NCBI GenBank assembly: GCA_963693055.1 | Contig: OY843751.1 | Coordinates: forward strand, 5,632,001 to 5,696,000 | Length of the DNA stretch: 64,000 nt | From: a bacterium | GTDB lineage: Bacteria > Zhuqueibacterota > Zhuqueibacteria > Residuimicrobiales > Krinioviventaceae | Direction of reading: 5' to 3' | Part shown: piece after piece, positions 1-9,225 of the stretch | Numbering within the stretch: the stretch's first letter is position 1 | How the letters are laid out: the number at the start of each line of letters is the position of its first letter | Made by a program: the position numbers and the translations under genes | The notes under the pieces: generated by a model | The model's input: only the letters and a program-made list of their open reading frames with translations | What the model was told of the DNA's origin: nothing | Database searches by the model: none

Positions 1-17
1 AATAAGGAACATGAATT

Positions 18-1007
18 ATGACAGCAATCAAAACCGGTCTGATCGGTGTAGGGAAACTGGGTGAATTTCACTGTAATTCATTAACAAAGCTGGACCAGGC
101 AAATCTGGTTGGTATTTTTGATACAGATAAAGAACGGACTGCAGAAATTGCTCAAAACTATGGCTGCAAAGCGTTTAATTCCGCAGACGAACTGCTAAAC
201 GCTGTCGATGCTGTGGGTATAATTGTTCCCACCACCTATCATCATCAATATACTTTACAGGCATTAAACGCCGGTAAACCCGTCTTTGTGGAAAAACCCA
301 TTGCGGTAACCATAGAGGAAGCGGAAGAAATGACTGCATTGGCTGCCGAAAAGAACCTTGCCCTGCAAACCGGGCACATTGAACGCTTTAATCCCGCTAT
401 TCGAGCAATGGACGATCATCCTTTTAATCCGCTTTTCATCGAGTCGCACAGGCTTGCGCCTTTTAACCCACGGGGTACCGATGTAGCGGTTATTCTCGAT
501 CTAATGATCCACGATATTGATATCCTTCTCAGTCTCGTAAAAAGCGATGTAAAACATATTCACGCCAATGGTGTTGCTGTGGTTTCAGATGAAGTTGATA
601 TTGCCAATGCGCGCATTGAATTTGAAAACGGATGCGTTGCCAATGTAACCGCCAGCCGTATCTCGCAACGTAAAATGAGAAAGATGCGCCTTTTCCAAAG
701 AGACTCGTACGTTTCCATCGACTTTTTACAGCGGCTGACCGAAGTGTTTGAAATTGTAGATGAAGATAATGACAAACCTGTTACCATGAACCTTGGCGAG
801 ATAGAACAGGGTAAACATAAACGCAAGATTATTTACCACCAGCCCAAGCCCCCTGAACAGGATGCCATGCAGGCAGAATGGACGAGTTTTTTCAACGCCA
901 TCCAAACCGGTACCGAACCCGTTGTAAATGGCAAAGATGGACTAAAAGCCCTTAAAATCGCCACACAAATTACAGATATTATTAAAAACCAGAAAATGGG
1001 TGCGTAA
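18..1007 (+). CDS. Gfo/Idh/MocA NAD-dependent oxidoreductase, GnnA/WlbA-like (putative UDP-GlcNAc 3-dehydrogenase)
   Basis: GVGKLG Rossmann motif, EKP, HIERFNPA and DLMIHDID motifs; lies directly before lpxB. Confidence 0.75.
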   Translation: MTAIKTGLIGVGKLGEFHCNSLTKLDQANLVGIFDTDKERTAEIAQNYGCKAFNSADELLNAVDAVGIIVPTTYHHQYTLQALNAGKPVFVEKPIAVTIEEAEEMTALAAEKNLALQTGHIERFNPAIRAMDDHPFNPLFIESHRLAPFNPRGTDVAVILDLMIHDIDILLSLVKSDVKHIHANGVAVVSDEVDIANARIEFENGCVANVTASRISQRKMRKMRLFQRDSYVSIDFLQRLTEVFEIVDEDNDKPVTMNLGEIEQGKHKRKIIYHQPKPPEQDAMQAEWTSFFNAIQTGTEPVVNGKDGLKALKIATQITDIIKNQKMGA

Positions 1008-1012
1008 CCACA

Positions 1013-2143
1013 ATGCCCAAACGAATCATGATTATAGCGGGTGAAGCCTCTGGCGACCTGCATGGAGGAGAGCTGGTTAAGGCTTTAAAAGCCCAAATCC
1101 CGGATTTGGAGATTTTCGGTGTTGGCGGCAACAATATGAAAAACGCCGGCATGGAATTGTACTATCATGTAGATCAGCTCGCTTATATAGGATTCTGGGA
1201 AGTGGTCAAGCACTATCCGTTCTTCCGTCGTATCTTTAACGATCTGTTGAAGAAATATAATGATCTAAAACCGGACATTATTGTACTGATCGACTATCCC
1301 GGTTTTAATCTGAGATTTGCCAAAAAGATCCATTCTCTGGGTGGCAGGGTATTTTACTATATCGCACCCCAGGTTTGGGCATGGCACCAAAGCCGTGCAA
1401 AAAAAATGGCAAAATTCATCGATCAGCTGGCAGTAATTTTTGGTTTTGAAAAAACCTTTTTCGACAAATACGGGCTCAAAACCACTTTTGTTGGGCATCC
1501 TCTGGTAGAAGGTCTCAAGATCCGCATGGAACGCGACGAGTTCCTGACCGGGCATTCATTGAATAATGATAACCCAATCTTGGGTCTTTTCCCCGGCAGC
1601 CGCAACCAGGAAGTAGAATCTCTGCTGCCCGCAATGCTCAGTACCGCATTAGAGATACAAAAAGAACATCCGGAACTGCAAATAGCTGTCAGCAAGGCTG
1701 AAACCATTACTATAGAGCGAATTCAGGCCCACATCCCGGAACATGCAAATGTGCATATTGTATCCGGTCAGGTTTATGAACTAATGAAATATGCCGATGC
1801 GGCAATTGTTGCGTCCGGTACAGCCACATTAGAAACCGCCTGTTTTGAAACCCCTTTCGCCATAGCATACCGGGTATCTCCCATGTCTTTTGCCATTGGG
1901 AAAAGAGTTGTCAAAATCAAACACATTGGTCTTGCCAATATTGTAGCGGGTAAAGAAGTAGCCAGAGAATTCATTCAGGATGACCTAAACAGCGAGAACC
2001 TGAAACCCGAAGTTGAAAAACTGCTGTTTGATAACGAGTATAGAGATCAACGCATCCAACAGCTCAAAACTGTGCGAGGCAAACTGGGTAATCCCGGTGC
2101 TGCCGCCCGAACCGCATCATTGATTCAGGACATGATCAGATAA
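1013..2143 (+). CDS. lpxB: Lipid-A-disaccharide synthase
   Basis: AGEASGDLHG, IDYPGFN, PQVWAW, VGHPL, PGSR and ASGTATLE motifs. Confidence 0.97.
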   Translation: MPKRIMIIAGEASGDLHGGELVKALKAQIPDLEIFGVGGNNMKNAGMELYYHVDQLAYIGFWEVVKHYPFFRRIFNDLLKKYNDLKPDIIVLIDYPGFNLRFAKKIHSLGGRVFYYIAPQVWAWHQSRAKKMAKFIDQLAVIFGFEKTFFDKYGLKTTFVGHPLVEGLKIRMERDEFLTGHSLNNDNPILGLFPGSRNQEVESLLPAMLSTALEIQKEHPELQIAVSKAETITIERIQAHIPEHANVHIVSGQVYELMKYADAAIVASGTATLETACFETPFAIAYRVSPMSFAIGKRVVKIKHIGLANIVAGKEVAREFIQDDLNSENLKPEVEKLLFDNEYRDQRIQQLKTVRGKLGNPGAAARTASLIQDMIR

Positions 2144-2148
2144 ACTAT

Positions 2149-2811
2149 ATGAATAAAGAAGCAAAGAAAAACCTGATTTCCTATATTGCTATTAAATTAG
2201 CCTGGTTGTTGATCCTGTTCTTAGGTAAAACCGGAATTTCAACCATTCACAATCGTAAATACGTTCGTTACGCACAGCGTTGCGGAAAACCCATCATGTA
2301 TGTGGTTTGGCATGGTCATATGTTGCTGCCCATCTTTGCGCACCGAAATCAGAATATTTATGCCATGGTTAGCGAGCATGGCGATGGAGAAATTATTGCC
2401 AAAACCATAGAAAGACTGGGATACAAAACCATTCGCGGATCTAGTACCCGGGGTGGCAGCAAAGCATTCCGTGAGATGCTAAGAGTATTAAAAAAAGGTA
2501 ACAACTGTACCATTCTACCGGATGGCCCAACCGGCCCCCGTCATGAATTTAAAATGGGCGCTGCCCTGTTAGCACAGCGCACCGGTGCCGTTATTCTGCC
2601 AACAACCTTTAGTGCTAAAAAACCAATCGAATTCAAGTCATGGGATAAATTTATAATCTGGTGGCCATTTACCCGTATCACTATTGCATATGGCAGACCG
2701 ACAACCCTGCCTCGCAAAGCATCACCGGAAGAAATGGAAATTTGGAGACAAAAACTGGAAAACAACATGAACCAATTACAAGCGGAGGCAGATGGTCTAT
2801 TTTCAGCGTAA
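2149..2811 (+). CDS. DUF374 lysophospholipid acyltransferase family protein (LpxJ-like)
   Basis: WHG, SEHGDGE, RGSSTRGG, PDGPTGP and SWD motifs; lies between lpxB and lpxK. Confidence 0.85.
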   Translation: MNKEAKKNLISYIAIKLAWLLILFLGKTGISTIHNRKYVRYAQRCGKPIMYVVWHGHMLLPIFAHRNQNIYAMVSEHGDGEIIAKTIERLGYKTIRGSSTRGGSKAFREMLRVLKKGNNCTILPDGPTGPRHEFKMGAALLAQRTGAVILPTTFSAKKPIEFKSWDKFIIWWPFTRITIAYGRPTTLPRKASPEEMEIWRQKLENNMNQLQAEADGLFSA

Positions 2812-3832
2812 ATGGCCGGGAATACTCTTGTGGCCCTTGTCTCTTTTGTATGCGACTGCAATTCGCCTTAGAAATTTTTGTTACGACCGGGGAATTTTCA
2901 AATCCTATTCTATATCCACAAAAATTATCAGTGTGGGAAACATAACCGTTGGCGGTACAGGCAAAACACCTACAGTAATTACCCTTGCCCGAGAGCTGGT
3001 TAAGCAGGGTAACCGCGTGTGCGTTCTCAGCCGCGGATATGGCAGAAAATCCAAAGGCACCGTAATTGTCTCTGATGGAGAATCCATTTTGGCACCAGTC
3101 GACCAATCGGGTGACGAACCATTCCTGATAGCAACCGCACTACCCAATGTTCCTGTCGTTGTAGACAGTGACCGCGTAAGAGGCGCGCAAATGATAAAAG
3201 ATCGTTTTCAATCTGACATTATAATACTTGACGATGGATTCCAGCATCGTCGTTTAAAACGAGACCTGGATATTGTTACATTCAACGCGGCAAGCCCCAT
3301 AGGTAATGGTATGGTAATACCCGCCGGCCCCTTGAGGGAACCCCTGCAGAATTTAAATCGCGCGCATGTATTTTGGAGCAATGGCAGTACACAGAATGAT
3401 CTGCCAAAGCAGACCCAACAATCTGACAAACCTGTAATCAGGGCTAATTATCAAACCATTGGTTTGTTCAATCAGGCTGCATCAATGAATCAGGATCAAC
3501 TCGACAATAAAGATATAATTGCATTCTCTGGTTTAGGGAATCCTGAAAATTTCAAAACCACTTTGCGGGGAATGGGTGCAAATTTAAAACTGTTCAAGTC
3601 TTTTAAAGACCATTACAATTACAATCAACAGGATATACAAAACCTGCTGGAGCAACAAAAAAAATACGACGCAGCTTTTATTATTACAACTGAAAAAGAT
3701 TGGGTCAAGCTACCCAAAGATTTACCAGAGCCACAAAACTGGTACTGTTTGCAAATAGACATCATTCCCCGGAATATGGATGATTTTGTGATCCTGATCA
3801 ATAGTGTCTCAGAATCGTACAAAAATACTTGA
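2792..3832 (+). CDS. lpxK: Tetraacyldisaccharide 4'-kinase
   Basis: SVGNITVGGTGKTP, SRGYG, GDEP, LDDGFQH, PAGPLRE and TTEKD motifs. Confidence 0.97.
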   Translation: MVYFQRKWPGILLWPLSLLYATAIRLRNFCYDRGIFKSYSISTKIISVGNITVGGTGKTPTVITLARELVKQGNRVCVLSRGYGRKSKGTVIVSDGESILAPVDQSGDEPFLIATALPNVPVVVDSDRVRGAQMIKDRFQSDIIILDDGFQHRRLKRDLDIVTFNAASPIGNGMVIPAGPLREPLQNLNRAHVFWSNGSTQNDLPKQTQQSDKPVIRANYQTIGLFNQAASMNQDQLDNKDIIAFSGLGNPENFKTTLRGMGANLKLFKSFKDHYNYNQQDIQNLLEQQKKYDAAFIITTEKDWVKLPKDLPEPQNWYCLQIDIIPRNMDDFVILINSVSESYKNT

Positions 3833-3890
3833 ATTATGTTAAAAATTTTGCTTATATTAAGAAAATATAAATTCTTTTGGAGAATATATC

Positions 3891-5273
3891 GTGAGTGATA
3901 CTGAAAATAATCCACTTGTAATGATAGTCGATGATGATAAGAATATATGTAAAATGATCGAAGCCAGCCTTCGCAAAGAAAAAAAATATAATTTGCGAAC
4001 CGTGCTGAATGGCGAAGCCTGTATGAATCTTTTGCAGGAGGTTACCCCAGACCTGGTATTGCTGGACATTCAAATGCCGGGCATGGATGGCCTTGAAACC
4101 TTGAAGCAAATCAAAGAATTTGATAAGCGCATTCAAGTGGTTATGATGACCGCCCACGGCACCATTGAACATGCGGTCGCTTCAATGAAAGCCGGCGCAC
4201 ATGACTTTTTAACCAAACCCTTTGCGCGTGACCGGTTATTGGTTACCGTAAACAATGCGCTCATGAACAGCTCGCTTCGTAAAGAAGTTGACGAACTTCG
4301 TTCCGAGTTAAAGGGCAAATATTCTTTTGGCAATATCATTGGGCAAAGCGGAGTAATGCAGGATGTTTTCAAATCTCTTGAAAAAATAGCAGACAGTACA
4401 GTCACTGTTTTAATCCAGGGAGAAAGCGGTACTGGTAAAGAGCTGATAGCCCGCGCCATTCATTTTCAATCACAGACCCGTGCCAACAAACCTTTCGTTG
4501 CAGTCAACTGTTCCGCATTGCCGGAATCGTTACTGGAAAGTGAATTGTTTGGTCATGAAAAAGGTGCGTTCACCGGAGCAGCCGGCAAACGTATTGGTAA
4601 ATTTGAACAAGCCCATGGTGGTACCATCTTTTTAGACGAGATTGGTCTCATGTCTCCCACTGTTCAGGCTAAAATTCTTCGTATTTTGCAGGAACGTGAA
4701 TTTGAGCGTGTTGGCGGTAATGAACTGATCAAAGTTAATGTTCGCGTAATTTCTGCAACCAATGCAGATCTTGAAGAAGAGGTAAAAAAGGGCACTTTTC
4801 GTGAAGATCTTTATTACCGTTTATCTGTTTTCCCAATGAAACTTCCGCCCTTGCGTGAACGTAAAGATGATGTACCCCAGTTAATAACCCATTTCATTAA
4901 AAAATACAATGAAATTGAAAACCGCGAAATAGAAGGCGTAGACCAGGATGCATTAGAATTACTTACCAATTACAGCTGGTCAGGCAATGTGCGCGAACTT
5001 GAAAATGCAATTGCACGCGCGGTAGTACTTGCAGACAAACAAATTACAGCCAAAGAGCTGCCCCAGCCGGTTCGCGCTATTGGTGAAAAACAGATCCTTG
5101 AATCAGACAACACCCTGGCCGGTTGGATCGAAAAGCTGGAAGAGGAAGCATTGCGTCAGGCATTGCTAGAATGCGAAGGCAATATTTCAAAAACTGCAAA
5201 AAAACTGGGTATTGGTCGCGCAACTATATACAGAAAAGCTAAAAAATATGGTCTTGCCATGGTAAACGGATAA
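3891..5273 (+). CDS. Sigma54-dependent response regulator (NtrC family: REC-AAA+-Fis HTH)
   Basis: REC with intact LLD(I)[12 protein letters not shown] Walker A, GAFTGA loop, [16 protein letters not shown]-terminal [14 protein letters not shown]. Confidence 0.95.
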   Translation: MSDTENNPLVMIVDDDKNICKMIEASLRKEKKYNLRTVLNGEACMNLLQEVTPDLVLLDIQMPGMDGLETLKQIKEFDKRIQVVMMTAHGTIEHAVASMKAGAHDFLTKPFARDRLLVTVNNALMNSSLRKEVDELRSELKGKYSFGNIIGQSGVMQDVFKSLEKIADSTVTVLIQGESGTGKELIARAIHFQSQTRANKPFVAVNCSALPESLLESELFGHEKGAFTGAAGKRIGKFEQAHGGTIFLDEIGLMSPTVQAKILRILQEREFERVGGNELIKVNVRVISATNADLEEEVKKGTFREDLYYRLSVFPMKLPPLRERKDDVPQLITHFIKKYNEIENREIEGVDQDALELLTNYSWSGNVRELENAIARAVVLADKQITAKELPQPVRAIGEKQILESDNTLAGWIEKLEEEALRQALLECEGNISKTAKKLGIGRATIYRKAKKYGLAMVNG

Positions 5274-5282
5274 ATTTACACC

Positions 5283-5336
5283 TGTGAGCATGTCTCACAG
5301 GTGTTCCACTTTAAAACATTGTACCAGAGTGTCACA
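5283..5336 (+). promoter_or_regulatory. Three tandem TGT-N11-ACA boxes, a putative enhancer (UAS) for a sigma54 activator
   Basis: TGTgagcatgtctcACA (5283-5299), TGTtccactttaaaACA (5302-5318), TGTaccagagtgtcACA (5320-5336); 85-140 bp upstream of the -24 element. Confidence 0.65.
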
Positions 5337-5382
5337 ACATTTTATAAAAACCTTCAATCTCCCACAAAAACCAAGCCAATAA

Positions 5383-5395
5383 AAACAATTACTTA
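5383..5395 (+). promoter_or_regulatory. Putative IHF site between the UAS and the sigma54 promoter
   Basis: AAACAAttacTTA, one mismatch to WATCAR-N4-TTR, in the expected position. Confidence 0.4.
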
Positions 5396-5418
5396 CGACC
5401 AATTATTTTTTCCAATTC

Positions 5419-5434
5419 TTGGTATACCATTTGC
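5419..5434 (+). promoter_or_regulatory. Sigma54 (-24/-12) promoter
   Basis: TTGGTATACCATTTGC: GG(5421-22)-N10-GC(5433-34), close to TGGCAC-N5-TTGC. Confidence 0.75.
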
Positions 5435-5460
5435 CTTTTAACGGTCAAACATTGTATAAC

Positions 5461-6570
5461 ATGACTAAAAAGAGCATTCGAATAATGAATAATACGAATA
5501 CATTGGTTAACTTGATTTCAGATATCTGTAATGGTAGCTATTGCCAGGCACAGCTTGTGCAATTCATCAACCTTACAAAAAAAATATCCCTGGGATATTT
5601 GAAATACCAGGAAGTAATTGGTAAACGTATTTCAGGTGAACGCAGTGAATCCTATTCTGAGCTGGATGATGTGGCACTGGATTGTATTGCCGAGTTGTTC
5701 AGTGGAGATGGCAATGGATGTTTTCCTCAATTACAGAAATATTATGAACCCTTTCTGAGTGAAGCCAACATGACAGATGCAGATATTCTGGCCCAAACCC
5801 GTCGGTTGGTTGTACGCAAGACCAAGCAAGAGCTGTCACGAATTTTTCGCGAACGTGACCCTGAAGGCGCCAAGATTGTTCGTAACATCAAGGTCGCCAT
5901 TCGCAGCTCGGAAAAACTAGACATGTTTAGAGATCTGGGCAAAGAATTTGTTTTTTACAAACAAGGTATTGATATTCGCAATGAAGGTCCCGCAAATCCG
6001 GATGTGATCTCAGAATACCTGAGACGCGAATCTTCTCCCATGCCCGAAGATGTACTGCACGCACGCTTTGTTGATGTTTATAGTCCAAATGACTCTATTT
6101 CCGGTGCTATCAAAAAACTATTAAAAACGGTACATGAACTGGATGATTACCAGAACTTTTTAGCAATGGATGTTATTGTTAAACTGATCCGAAACATCAA
6201 GTTTAGTGTTTTTCGTGAAAAACTTGCCGCTGAAGACAAGGTTCCCACTCCTCTCGATCAATTGGAATCACAGGAAATTGAAAGTTATGTTAACGTGGTA
6301 ATGGATCAGGTTAACAGCAAAATCGATAAATTATACATCGGTTCTGGCAAATTGAGCCAAGACAGAGCCAGAATTTACTCTATGGCCCTACGAGATGTTT
6401 TGTTTGATTTATTGCAGAAAAAAGACAGTTCCAGTTATTATCGTAACCTGAAATACTATTTACCTGATCTAACCCAGTCAGATTATAGAAAAAATGAACG
6501 GACGATTTTTGAATATTTGGCCAAAGTTGCCAAGAAAAATTTTAGAAATCACTTGAAAGCTTTATTATAA
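5461..6570 (+). CDS. Hypothetical protein; putative highly divergent ECF-like sigma factor (start ATG 5461 or 5485)
   Basis: ELDDVALDCIAELF and ILAQTRRLVVRKTKQELSRIFRE resemble sigma region 2; LSQDRARIYSM weakly resembles the start of region 4; followed by a ZAS gene. The ORF-track TTG start lies inside the sigma54 promoter. Confidence 0.5.
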   Translation: MTKKSIRIMNNTNTLVNLISDICNGSYCQAQLVQFINLTKKISLGYLKYQEVIGKRISGERSESYSELDDVALDCIAELFSGDGNGCFPQLQKYYEPFLSEANMTDADILAQTRRLVVRKTKQELSRIFRERDPEGAKIVRNIKVAIRSSEKLDMFRDLGKEFVFYKQGIDIRNEGPANPDVISEYLRRESSPMPEDVLHARFVDVYSPNDSISGAIKKLLKTVHELDDYQNFLAMDVIVKLIRNIKFSVFREKLAAEDKVPTPLDQLESQEIESYVNVVMDQVNSKIDKLYIGSGKLSQDRARIYSMALRDVLFDLLQKKDSSSYYRNLKYYLPDLTQSDYRKNERTIFEYLAKVAKKNFRNHLKALL

Positions 6571-6637
6571 ATTTCCGTAAAATTAATCGATTGCCTGTAT
6601 GTTATGATTAAAAATATCAAACAAGAGCATAACATAC

Positions 6638-7282
6638 ATGAAAATGTCCAAAACAACCTGTCCTCACTCCCTTCAATATGAAACGTTGTACCTCAACAAC
6701 GAACTGGGAAAGATACTGGTCAACGATCCTGAACACCACCTCTATTCCTGCCCGGACTGTCAAAAATTTATCAGTGATCTTGACGCAATGTATTCTTCTA
6801 TTTTAAACGAAACATCGTATCCCATTACCAACTCTTTACTGGATTTTGTCTGCAAAGTTTCGCCATATTCCAGCTTGAAAGGCTTGTTCTCTTGTACCCC
6901 TGCCCCCAATCACAAAGATAGACATCACAAAATCTATCAAATGCAGGATATCTTTGTGCAGACATCCTTTGATAAAAAAATCCAGTTTAACGATTACAAG
7001 CAAACCATGCAGCAATATCCTTTATCCGTTCGGATATTAACAGACCCTGCAATAGAGTGTGTTTTGCTCTTTTTCTGGAGTAAATCACAAATAGATTTCA
7101 CCAAATGGCGGTTGACAATACCGGGAATTATTTCAGATTACAGTATTTCATCAAGCGGAACAGTCATTATACCCGGCAAAGAGATCAAAGACTTACAAAA
7201 CAAGTCTTTATACTTGCAAAAATATATTAAACCTGTCAGCCCCAAAATGGTAAATAAAATACAGGAATGCATTCAGGCCTAA
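6638..7282 (+). CDS. Zinc-finger (zf-HC2/ZAS) anti-sigma-like protein, soluble
   Basis: N-terminal C...LYLNNEL...EHHLYSCPDC (HxxxCxxC); no obvious TM helix. Confidence 0.6.
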   Translation: MKMSKTTCPHSLQYETLYLNNELGKILVNDPEHHLYSCPDCQKFISDLDAMYSSILNETSYPITNSLLDFVCKVSPYSSLKGLFSCTPAPNHKDRHHKIYQMQDIFVQTSFDKKIQFNDYKQTMQQYPLSVRILTDPAIECVLLFFWSKSQIDFTKWRLTIPGIISDYSISSSGTVIIPGKEIKDLQNKSLYLQKYIKPVSPKMVNKIQECIQA

Positions 7283-7330
7283 GTCTTTATTTTACAAGCA
7301 CCAAATTTATTGTGTTTACAACCTAAAATT

Positions 7331-7357
7331 GCCGGATGTGTTCCGGCTTTTTTTTTT
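7331..7357 (+). terminator. Rho-independent terminator
   Basis: GCCGGA-tgtgt-TCCGGC followed by T10. Confidence 0.85.
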
Positions 7358-7370
7358 GAAATAAAACATC

Positions 7371-7399
7371 TTGACTTGATAAATAATTTTAAATACATT
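7371..7399 (+). promoter_or_regulatory. Putative sigma70 promoter for the REC-DUF4388 operon
   Basis: TTGACT-N17-TACATT just after the terminator. Confidence 0.55.
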
Positions 7400-7463
7400 T
7401 TAAATTGAGTATAACTGTTTTATGACATTAAACATTTTACAAAAACCCCGGCTTAAAAAAAAT

Positions 7464-9220
7464 ATGAAACGCCATAGTCTGATAATCGTCAATAGAGACA
7501 AAAATAACCTTGAAGTGCTAAAAAACAATTTTGTTGAAGCATATTTTGAGGTAGACCTGGCATATAATGATACACAAGCCATGCATATGGTTAGCAAGAA
7601 ACGTTATGATGCCATGCTTACCGAACTGTCTGCTCCGGGTATTGATGGTTACAGCTTGCTGGAAATGATACAAAAATCGGCATTAAACACAGAAACCCCG
7701 GTTATTTTCCTTACTACCAAAAGCGATGTATGGAACCGGGTAAAAAGCTTGCAACTGGGAGCCAAAGACTATATCATTAAACCCATACACGTCAAGGAAC
7801 TTGTAGCACGGGTTAATATGCTCATTGCCAGAATTGAACGAAAAAGTGAAGAAGAGCAGATTGTTAAAAGAAATTTACAGGAAAACTGGAAGATATTTCA
7901 GTATTTGACCTTATCAAAGTCTTTGGTTTGGAAAAAAAGACCGGTATACTCTCTTTATTCAAGTACAATGGATATACAGGGCAAATCTTTTTTGAAAACG
8001 GGAATATTATTAATGCTGGAACTCTTTTACTAAACGGTGAAAAGGCCGTTTTTAAAATGATGACATGGAAAAAGGGGCTTTTTTCCATGCATTTTTGTGA
8101 TATCGACGTTATCGATGAAATCAAAGTAAGCAACCTGGCTATTTTATTGCAAGGAGCGATGAGAATGGAACAATCCGAAAAAATCCAAAACAACCTCCCC
8201 TCTTTGGATTCCATTATTACTACAACGTCCAATTTTCAAAAGATAACAGCCAAACAAGAATTGAAAAACGAATTACAGCAATTCCTGGAACTTTTTGATG
8301 GAAAACGAAGTCTGGGGCAGATTATTGATGACAGCAAATCTGACGAAATTGAAACCCTGCAGCGCATAAAAAAACTTTTAGATATGGGATTTCTGAATAT
8401 CAATAACGACACAGCCAGCATGGAACCCCTGGAATCTATTCAAGAAATTGAACCTCAAAACAACAAATCTTCTAATCCTCTGCTTGATGACTTGCTAACC
8501 GAAAGCGATTCTTATACCGAAAAGGTCCCTGAACCAGATTATAGCGATATTACTACAAATTCATCACCCTTGATGGATCCGTTAAAAAAACCAGTCCCTG
8601 TTGATGTAGCGGTTAAAGAATCACCCGCGGAAGTCTCTGCTGTTCCTGAATATGTTACAGAGGTTGTTGCGGAACAACATACGGAAGAAAAAAGCGACAA
8701 AGAATCTCTACATGCACTGTATCGCCAGGCCAAAGGCAATATTCTGATCATTAGCAAAGATCACACTCAGAGCAAGCACATTGTAGACAATCTGTCAATT
8801 GCCCAACCCGTTCTAAGCAATGTCAACATCCCCAACGTTTCAGATATCTATTTTGGCACGGCTTCATTCAAGGGCAATGCTTATTTGAATCTTACCACAT
8901 TTTCTACCGAAAAAGAATTTGATCCATTGTTAGATTATTTCGCATCAAAAACACTAGGCTATGTATTGCTGGTAGACATACAACGCGCCAACTGGAATTA
9001 TTACCATTACCTGCTCAATGTTTTGCGCAGAAAATTATCAGTGCCCTCTGTTATTGTCATTTCAAACAAAGGACTCGATTCCAATTCCATTACCATTGAC
9101 GGAATACGTTCAAAACTATTGCTAAAAAGCACAGAAAAGATCATGTTCTGTTCAGACTTTAACCAGGCAAACTCTAAAAAAATCATTTTTTCACTGTTTA
9201 AAAACTATTACCATAAATAA
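7464..9220 (+). CDS. Frameshifted REC(pseudo)-DUF4388/PATAN-linker-degenerate MglA/CvnD-like GTPase protein; the frame break at ~7866-7877 may be programmed, a pseudogene lesion or a sequencing error
   Basis: Frame 0 encodes REC up to IVKR; the -1 frame from 7871 reads KFTGKLEDISVFDLIKVFGLEKKTGIL (DUF4388 start, matching the paralog's FKGNLEEMNVVDII) and continues to 9220. Confidence 0.75.
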
Positions 9221-9225
9221 TAACA

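Noticed and set aside
5278-5304. 11-bp-arm inverted repeat as an intrinsic terminator of the NtrC-like gene
   Set aside because: No U tract follows and it coincides with the first of three phased TGT-N11-ACA boxes. An operator role is favoured, though a hairpin role is not excluded.
5419-5460. TTG start at 5419 given by the ORF track
   Set aside because: It overlaps the predicted -24/-12 promoter; ATG 5461 or 5485 is more plausible.
7422-9220. 7422-8033 and 7928-9220 as two independent genes
   Set aside because: The DUF4388 domain begins in the -1 frame upstream of 7928 and the paralog at 9226 is a continuous fusion; the frame-0 tail after IVKR looks non-homologous.
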